Below the pieces are notes generated by a model. It ran no database searches, had not been told where the DNA came from, and saw only the letters and a program-made list of their open reading frames with translations. The position numbers were made by a program, and so were the translations under genes. Below are positions 57,937 to 64,000 of a DNA stretch of 64,000 nucleotides, in pieces (position 1 is the stretch's first letter; every line of letters begins with the position of its first letter). Source of the DNA: Methanobacteriota archaeon (GTDB lineage: Archaea > Thermoplasmatota > Poseidoniia > Poseidoniales > Thalassarchaeaceae); assembly GCA_014240285.1 (NCBI GenBank), contig JAAZXI010000001.1:15593-79592 (forward strand), read 5' to 3'.

Positions 57937-58524
57937 ATGGCGTCAACCAGCGTGGACGAAGCGAGATCGAGACTGGTCGACAGGGTCCGTGACTTGGCTT
58001 ATCTTCACTCTCCTGACGAACCATTCACACTCGCTAGCGGCCGTCAAAGCACTCACTTCTTCGACATGAAGCCGGTGATGATGGACCCTGACTGTGCCCA
58101 CCTGCTTGGCGTGCTCATCCACGCTGAGATTGAAGACATTGGCGCCGTGGACGCGGTCGGTGGCCTCGAGCTCGGCGCAATCCCCCTCACTGGGATCGCT
58201 ATTGCCAAGGCAGGCAGAGGATCTAGCCTGCGCGGCTTCCTCGTGCGTAAGGAGCCCAAGGGCCGCGGTGGCCGTAAGACCGGAAATCCCCCTGGTATCG
58301 AAGGATCGAGCCTTGCTGCTGGTGACAGAGTAGTGCTTCTTGAGGACGTTACTACAACAGGAGGCTCTGCTTTACAGGCCGCAGCCCGACTCAGCGAGAT
58401 GGGCTGCGAAGTCGCCGCATGTATCACTATCCTAGATCGCGAAGAGGGTGGGGCGCAAGCGTTCGCCGAGGCTGGAATAAATCTCCGACCCTTGATTCTG
58501 AAATCAGATGTCGCAGGTGGGTGA
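57937..58524 (+). CDS. pyrE: orotate phosphoribosyltransferase
   Basis: PRPP-binding VVLLEDVTTTGGS. Confidence 0.75.
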   Translation: MASTSVDEARSRLVDRVRDLAYLHSPDEPFTLASGRQSTHFFDMKPVMMDPDCAHLLGVLIHAEIEDIGAVDAVGGLELGAIPLTGIAIAKAGRGSSLRGFLVRKEPKGRGGRKTGNPPGIEGSSLAAGDRVVLLEDVTTTGGSALQAAARLSEMGCEVAACITILDREEGGAQAFAEAGINLRPLILKSDVAGG

Positions 58525-58920
58525 ATGAGCCAGCATATCATCGACTCGAGCGAGCCCTACCATCCTGAGAAGCTCGACAAGAAGGAGTATGTGGGCGCAG
58601 CGGCCTACTTCGAGCTCGACATGCGTGCAGGCGTGGTTCTCGAGGTCGAGGAGTTCCCTGAGATGCGTAAGCCCTCATACAAGATACACGTCAACTTCGG
58701 TCCTGTCATTGGCAGACTGTGGAGTTCTGCACAAATCACCAACTACTCGCGCGCCCAGTTGATTGGCCGCACTGTGGTAGGCGCAGTCAACCTCGGTGAC
58801 AAGACCCTGCCCACGGGATTCATCTCTCAGTTCCTCGTCCTCGGAGCACTCGACCCCGATGGCACGGTTCGCCTGCTTGAGTTGCCCGACGGAGTTCTCC
58901 CCGGCTCCATGGTCGCCTGA
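58525..58920 (+). CDS. tRNA-binding domain protein (CsaA/Trbp111-like)
   Basis: GVVLEVEEFPEMRKPSYKIHVNFG OB-fold pattern. Confidence 0.65.
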   Translation: MSQHIIDSSEPYHPEKLDKKEYVGAAAYFELDMRAGVVLEVEEFPEMRKPSYKIHVNFGPVIGRLWSSAQITNYSRAQLIGRTVVGAVNLGDKTLPTGFISQFLVLGALDPDGTVRLLELPDGVLPGSMVA

Positions 58921-60117
58921 TTACTCCCTCTTGTGCATGTAGCAGTAACCGGACTTACGGTATACCATCCTGCGGCACCTTTTGACATCGCCAATGTGCA
59001 GGCAGTGGGTCTGTGATTTCAGGAAATCTTCCATCTGGGAACTCTTTGAATCGGTATCCTCGACCTTCTCGGTGAAAGCATCGACAACATCCAAAGGCTC
59101 CTCCAATTTCACTCCCTTTTTTTCGGCATGGGTTGTAGATGGAGTGGCGAACTGAAGGGCCCCCATCTCTTTCTTACATTCCTTGCAGACTAGCAAATCC
59201 TCCTTCTCATCTTCGTCGCCGAAAATCAATTCCGCCCCCAGAGCCGCTGGGACGAACCCCGCCTCTCCTGCAGCCCCCTCTGTGACGATAAGGAGGCCAA
59301 TGCCAAGCACTCCTCCTGCCACCACCAATGCCCCACCGCCTAGAGTTTTCACGTATGTCTCGACCGGATCGTCTCCCACGGACCTGCAGGTGGTGCAGAT
59401 GGGGGCCTCACAACCAGCTCTCTGGCAAGTCCAACCAATCGTTTTGTTGAGGCCGCATCGGCTGCAGGCACCTCCCTCAAGACCAGTCTCCGGGGCGGTG
59501 GTAAGGGCGAGAATGCCCCCTCCTATTGCCAATAGTAAGCCTAGGGCCAAGCTACAGAAATTCCCACTCACAGCCCAACCAAGACCGATGAGAAGGATTA
59601 GTGCTCCCGCCCCCCTCCTCATCGTCACCGGCGTGCTTTCGGGGTTTACATGGGCCTCCATCTTCATGGCATTTTCCTTCATCTGCACCCGTCGGAGTTT
59701 CGGCTTGATGCCGTTCAAGGTGTCTAGCTCACCTGCGTCAAACCAGATTGTGGCGCAGTCCCCACAGATGTCTATCTTCACGTCGGGCTCGCTCGCCCGG
59801 TCTTCTGATCCGAATGGTTTGGGTACCGCTATTTCCAACATCATAGAGGGACAAACCGGGCAACTGTGCCCTTCTGGGTGCTTTACTCCCGTGTCCTCTA
59901 TTTTCTCCCGTACTTCGTCTGGGACGACCCCGTGCATCGTCTTGGCCTGTACTGCGAGACCCCAGCATTTGGTGCATACTAACAGATCTACACCATCTAC
60001 TCCCTCGGCTGACTCCACTCTCAGTTTCTTCGAGCACTGGGGGCAGTCGTAGTCACTAGTTGCACTCACATTGGACCAGTTGCGAACCCCCATCATTAGG
60101 CTTAGGGCGGCACACAT
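58921..60117 (-). CDS. membrane protein with multiple zinc-ribbon (CxxC) modules
   Basis: At least eight CxxC pairs flanking a central block of 4-5 TM helices. Confidence 0.45.
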   Translation of the reverse strand: MCAALSLMMGVRNWSNVSATSDYDCPQCSKKLRVESAEGVDGVDLLVCTKCWGLAVQAKTMHGVVPDEVREKIEDTGVKHPEGHSCPVCPSMMLEIAVPKPFGSEDRASEPDVKIDICGDCATIWFDAGELDTLNGIKPKLRRVQMKENAMKMEAHVNPESTPVTMRRGAGALILLIGLGWAVSGNFCSLALGLLLAIGGGILALTTAPETGLEGGACSRCGLNKTIGWTCQRAGCEAPICTTCRSVGDDPVETYVKTLGGGALVVAGGVLGIGLLIVTEGAAGEAGFVPAALGAELIFGDEDEKEDLLVCKECKKEMGALQFATPSTTHAEKKGVKLEEPLDVVDAFTEKVEDTDSKSSQMEDFLKSQTHCLHIGDVKRCRRMVYRKSGYCYMHKRE

Positions 60118-60167
60118 ATGCTCTTGTGCCTGTGAGCGCTCCCAACTGCATGCCTACTGTAGTCAAG

Positions 60168-60635
60168 ATGACAACCAGCGCTGGAGAGATAATGATTGGA
60201 CTGTACACCGAGGACTGCCCTGAGACCACGGGGAACTTCCTCAAGCTCGTCGATGATGGGTTCTACAACGGCCTGCACTTCCACCGCGTAATCAAGGATT
60301 TCATGATTCAAGGAGGGTGCCCTCACTCAAGGGATGCTAACAACGGCCGAGCCGGTACGGGTAGCCCTGGGTGGAAGATTGACTGTGAGCCATCAGCATT
60401 AGCCAAGAGTCATGACAGACCCGGGCTGTTCTCTATGGCGAACGCGGGCCCGAACACGGGTGGATCCCAGTTCTTCCTCACCACCGTGCCCACACCTTGG
60501 CTCGACGGCAACCATGCGGTGTTCGGAGAGGTCATCGAGGGCATGGAGAACGTGTACAGGATAGAGAATTGCGACACCAAACCCGGTGACAGGCCCCACG
60601 ACCCCCAGAAGATAATCAATGTAGAGCGGATATGA
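60168..60635 (+). CDS. ppiB: cyclophilin-type peptidyl-prolyl cis-trans isomerase
   Basis: FHRVIKDFMIQGG…SMANAGPNTGGSQFF. Start taken at the internal ATG at 60168. Confidence 0.85.
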   Translation: MTTSAGEIMIGLYTEDCPETTGNFLKLVDDGFYNGLHFHRVIKDFMIQGGCPHSRDANNGRAGTGSPGWKIDCEPSALAKSHDRPGLFSMANAGPNTGGSQFFLTTVPTPWLDGNHAVFGEVIEGMENVYRIENCDTKPGDRPHDPQKIINVERI

Positions 60636-60717
60636 GATCGCTAATTGATTTCTGCTACCAAACAATACGTTGCATTGCGGCTATATAGTCTGAGTTTATT
60701 AATAACCAATTAACGCG
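60636..60717. promoter_or_regulatory. AT-rich putative promoter (TTTATTAATAA) upstream of the RHH-fumarase gene
   Basis: A TATA-like element lies about 35 nt upstream of the ATG at 60718. Confidence 0.3.
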
Positions 60718-62328
60718 ATGCGAAATATGGCCAAACATCGCGCTGGGGATCGCAGAATAGTCAGTATAAGCATACCAGAAGACCTCGCTAAGAGGCTCGA
60801 TCGCAGAGTAGGCAAGGGCCGAGAGAAGGGCCGTTCCGCAACCATCTCCAGAATGATACAGGACTCGATTGATTCGGAGTCTGAGGAGCGCACGGGACAG
60901 CCAGCAGCAGCAGCTCGTAGCGCTAGGGCGAAACCCGATGCCATCAGGATAGAGAAGGACACGATGGGAGAGGTCGAGGTCCCAGCAGACAGGTATTACG
61001 GGGCTCAGACTGCACGATCCCTAGTCAACTTCGACATCGGGAATGACATCATGCCCCGTTCGGTCGTCCGCGCTTTCGGTGTTCTCAAGCAGGCCGCGGC
61101 CCAGACCAACGTCGATCTTGGCCAGATGGACCCCAACATCGGCTCGTTGATCTCAGCGGCCTGTGACGAGGTCGTCTCTGGCTCTCTTGACGAGCACTTC
61201 CCTCTGAGAATCTGGCAGACAGGCTCGGGCACTCAGACCAACATGAACGCGAATGAGGTGATAGCTAACCGAGCGATAGAAATCTCTGGAGGTGCCGTGG
61301 GCAGCAAGACCCCAGTGCACCCGAATGACCATGTCAACCGGGCCCAGTCGAGCAATGACACCTTCCCAACGGCTATGCACATCGCTGCAGCCGAGGAAAC
61401 ACAACATCGATTGTTGCCCGCAGTACGTCATTTACGAGGTAATCTGGCAAACAAGGCACGGGACTTCAAGAGTACGGTGAAGATTGGTAGGACCCACCTG
61501 ATGGATGCAGTCCCCCTGACCCTAGGGCAGGAGTTCAGCGGGTATGTCTCGATGCTCGACGCCGACATCACACGCATTGAGAGTGCCATGGGAGATTTGC
61601 TTGAACTGGCATTAGGAGGGACCGCCGTCGGGACCGGTCTAAACACACATCCCGAGTTCGCTGACACAGTAGCGGCACACATTGCGGACAACACTGGGAT
61701 GTCTTTTGTCAGTGCTGACAACAAGTTTGCACAGTTGGCAGGTCACGATGCGCTGGTAGCCGCCTCGGGAGCGCTGAACACACTTGCAGCTTCTCTGATG
61801 AAGATAGCCAATGACATCAGATGGCTCGGTTCAGGTCCGAGATGCGGCTTTGGGGAACTCTCACTTCCTGCTAACGAGCCTGGATCAAGCATAATGCCAG
61901 GCAAGGTCAATCCCACTCAGGCAGAGGCGATGACGATGGTCTGCTGCCAGGTTATGGGCAACCACACCGCTATCTCAGTCGGAGGCAGTCAGGGCAATTT
62001 TGAACTCAATGTGTACAAACCGATGATAATTCACAACTTCCTGCACAGTGTGCGCCTGCTTTCGGACACCTGTCGCTCGTTCACGGACAAATGCGTGGTA
62101 GGGCTAGAGGCTAACGAGGACAGAATTGCAACTCATCTAGAGAATTCACTCATGCTGGTAACTGCACTCAATCCTCACATCGGCTATGACAACGCCGCGA
62201 AGATAGCCAAGAATGCACACTCAAAAGGAACCACACTCAGGGAGAGCGCGCTCGAACTCAATCTACTGACAGATGAGCAATTCACCAAGTGGGTCAAGGC
62301 CGAGGACATGATTGGACCACGAGACTGA
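60718..62328 (+). CDS. fumC: class II fumarate hydratase/aspartase-family lyase with N-terminal ribbon-helix-helix extension
   Basis: [16 protein letters not shown] signature and an [22 protein letters not shown] core. It is preceded in frame by about 75 aa ([19 protein letters not shown]…ISRMIQDSI) that looks like a CopG/RHH domain. Confidence 0.75.
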   Translation: MRNMAKHRAGDRRIVSISIPEDLAKRLDRRVGKGREKGRSATISRMIQDSIDSESEERTGQPAAAARSARAKPDAIRIEKDTMGEVEVPADRYYGAQTARSLVNFDIGNDIMPRSVVRAFGVLKQAAAQTNVDLGQMDPNIGSLISAACDEVVSGSLDEHFPLRIWQTGSGTQTNMNANEVIANRAIEISGGAVGSKTPVHPNDHVNRAQSSNDTFPTAMHIAAAEETQHRLLPAVRHLRGNLANKARDFKSTVKIGRTHLMDAVPLTLGQEFSGYVSMLDADITRIESAMGDLLELALGGTAVGTGLNTHPEFADTVAAHIADNTGMSFVSADNKFAQLAGHDALVAASGALNTLAASLMKIANDIRWLGSGPRCGFGELSLPANEPGSSIMPGKVNPTQAEAMTMVCCQVMGNHTAISVGGSQGNFELNVYKPMIIHNFLHSVRLLSDTCRSFTDKCVVGLEANEDRIATHLENSLMLVTALNPHIGYDNAAKIAKNAHSKGTTLRESALELNLLTDEQFTKWVKAEDMIGPRD

Positions 62329-62556
62329 AGGAACTGGAAACCCCTAATCGATTATTCAGGAGCGAAACGCTCCGCAAACATTGCAATAAAATCTTGAGGG
62401 CCGATTACAGGTGGGAGCAGGCAGGAGAGGTTCCGCACATGGGGGAGCTTCCCCCCTCCTGTTCTACTCCGCAGGGTCCGGATGTCCCCCGGGCCTCTCG
62501 GCCCGAGTTTCTCCGGGTAGACTCCTCCGGGACCTCTAGTGCCCCTTTGTCGCGTT

Positions 62557-63009
62557 CCGTTTCCTTCCCCTTCCTTGCGTCCAGTTCTCTCCACTTCACT
62601 CATCTTCTCTCTCTAGGGGCGTTTCCCCCCCCTTCGCGTTCTCCGTTTCCTTCCCTTTCCTTCCCCTTCCTTGCGTCCAGTTCTCTCCAGTTCTCTCCAC
62701 GTTCCGATACAGCTTCCTCCACGGATCTCTCCGCCCTTGTCCACTCGTGTTTCCCTCTGCTTCCTTCCCGTTCCTTCCCCTTCCTTGCGTCCGGTTCCCG
62801 TCGGTCTTTCCACTTCGTTCCTCACACCGCTTCCAGGTTCGTTCTCCTCCCCTTTCCACGCATATCTCCTCGGGATAGTACTCTGCCTCGGTTGCGTTTT
62901 CCCCGTTGCCGGTTCGGTTGCGTTTTCCTCAGCTTCCTCCTCCGTTTCCTCCAGTTTCCTTCCCCTTCCTTCCCCTTCCTTTCGTCCAGTTCTCTCCAGT
63001 TCTCTCCAC
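62557..63009. repeat. four irregularly spaced copies of a pyrimidine-rich repeat of about 38 bp (CCGTTTCCTTCCCCTTCCTTGCGTCCAGTTCTCTCCAC)
   Basis: Copies at 62557-62594, 62643-62700, 62768-62797 and 62942-63009, with internal CCTTCC and GTTCTCTCCA micro-duplications. Confidence 0.6.
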
Positions 63010-63270
63010 TCTCGTCCTCTTCGGTTCTCCCGTCGTCTTCCCGCCCATATGGCGTTCCGACTCTTCCCCGATCTCCTTCCGAATCTCGGGTTCCGCCGCC
63101 GCTCTCTCGCGGCTCGGTTTCTGTGGCCCGCGGGTCGCGCCGAGGCGCCCCCACACCACTCCAGAGAAGCGGCAAAGTTGACAGGGACGGGGACGCTACA
63201 TAAACCTTTCTTGAATACAGCCGCAGTCTACTGGAAATAAGGGTCTGGAACAGTTATTTTCCACTGCACC

Positions 63271-64000
63271 TCATGCCTCTCTGAGTTTCCTAAGACGACC
63301 CATCAATCGGCTTCTGCGCTCATCATCCCTGCCCCCATCATCATCTTCCAAGCGCCTAGATAGAACTCTTCCTTCGACTAGGTGGATTCGCCCGCCGGAG
63401 TCTCCCAGAGCGATGTTGCTGCCCGCTGAATCAATGTGCCTGATTCGATGAGCATGCTCAAGCTCTAGAATAGTGCTACCATCCTTAGCGTCTAGGACGA
63501 CGATGCTGGAATCCCCATCGTTCCACCTGGAGGTCCAAATCCCGATGCCTTCGGAATCGGTGGGCCCCAGTGCTAACGATTCCACGGCGCCTAACGCTGA
63601 GACGCCCCAGCCGTGACTTGAGAAGACTTCACCTGAGGCGTGTCCCGAGAACCAGTCGTGTTTGGAGTTGCATATCGCTCGCACTTGAGAAGACCTCTCT
63701 TCACCCGCTGATGCATCAGATCCACTCAATATGCTGACACTGCCATCGGAGTGCCCGATTAGGAACCGTCCATCAGACCCACACACTCCAACAGTCACAG
63801 GACTACTCCCCTCTAGGGTGTGGTGTACTGACTTCTCTCCACTGCGAATCCGGAGGAAACCGCATCGCGGCCTGCCCAGCCCAAGTAACACCCCTCCATC
63901 ATCGTGCAGACCGAAGTGCCATGCGCGCTCGGGGAAGGACCATCGTTGCTGAAGTGAACCTTCGGAGTCGAACATCCATACGGTCGACTCAACATAGTCG
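63271..64000 (-). CDS. WD40-like beta-propeller protein (N-terminus runs off window end)
   Basis: Repeated GHSDGSVSIL-type blades. The reading frame stays open to position 64000. Confidence 0.5.
   Translation of the reverse strand, partial: DYVESTVWMFDSEGSLQQRWSFPERAWHFGLHDDGGVLLGLGRPRCGFLRIRSGEKSVHHTLEGSSPVTVGVCGSDGRFLIGHSDGSVSILSGSDASAGEERSSQVRAICNSKHDWFSGHASGEVFSSHGWGVSALGAVESLALGPTDSEGIGIWTSRWNDGDSSIVVLDAKDGSTILELEHAHRIRHIDSAGSNIALGDSGGRIHLVEGRVLSRRLEDDDGGRDDERRSRLMGRLRKLREA

Noticed and set aside
59183-60052. 289-aa plus-strand ORF opposite the zinc-ribbon membrane protein gene
   Set aside because: Pro/Ser/Ala low-complexity shadow. The minus-strand frame has structured CxxC and TM architecture.
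62557-63009. Possible CRISPR array
   Set aside because: Repeat spacing is irregular (about 86, 125 and 174 bp) and the copies vary in length through internal micro-duplications. The sequence is low-complexity polypyrimidine. No cas genes or leader are in the window.

Overview
This 64 kb window is high-GC, gene-dense DNA from a euryarchaeon (basis: archaeal DP2, DnaG, PriL, a thermosome-family chaperonin and Pcc1).

Bacterial-type genes (MetK, an RluA-family pseudouridine synthase, DDAH, an MFS pump), very acidic proteins and thrombospondin-type-3 (TSP3) repeats are consistent with a marine group II (Poseidoniales)-like lineage, but that placement is my inference only.

Most of the window is housekeeping: purH/purN, eno, dhs-speH, nadC, metK, pyrE, gcvH, rnhA, dnaG, priL-polD, cyclophilin and a fumarase.

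There are three tRNAs: Ala(CGC), Leu(GAG) and Cys(GCA).

The findings worth following up are these:
- A roughly 0.94 kb AT-richer insertion beside tRNA-Ala carries a bacterial-type RluA-family gene and is bounded by 22-bp direct repeats.
- An AT-richer island of about 6.5 kb abuts tRNA-Leu. It encodes three PAPS-type sulfotransferases, a GT2 glycosyltransferase, an APH-like kinase, a MOSC protein and an N-glycosylation-sequon-rich surface protein. I read it as a candidate glycan-sulfation island.
- A secreted esterase carries about 18 TSP3 repeats.
- A TaqI/Eco57I-like N6-adenine methyltransferase has a degenerate motif IV (SRPPW).
- An RHH (CopG-like) domain is fused in frame to a class II fumarate lyase.
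- An irregular array of pyrimidine-rich repeats occupies the intergenic region near the end of the window.

I saw no CRISPR array, cas genes, integrase or transposase. GC content and domain assignments are by eye and motif recognition, not computed.
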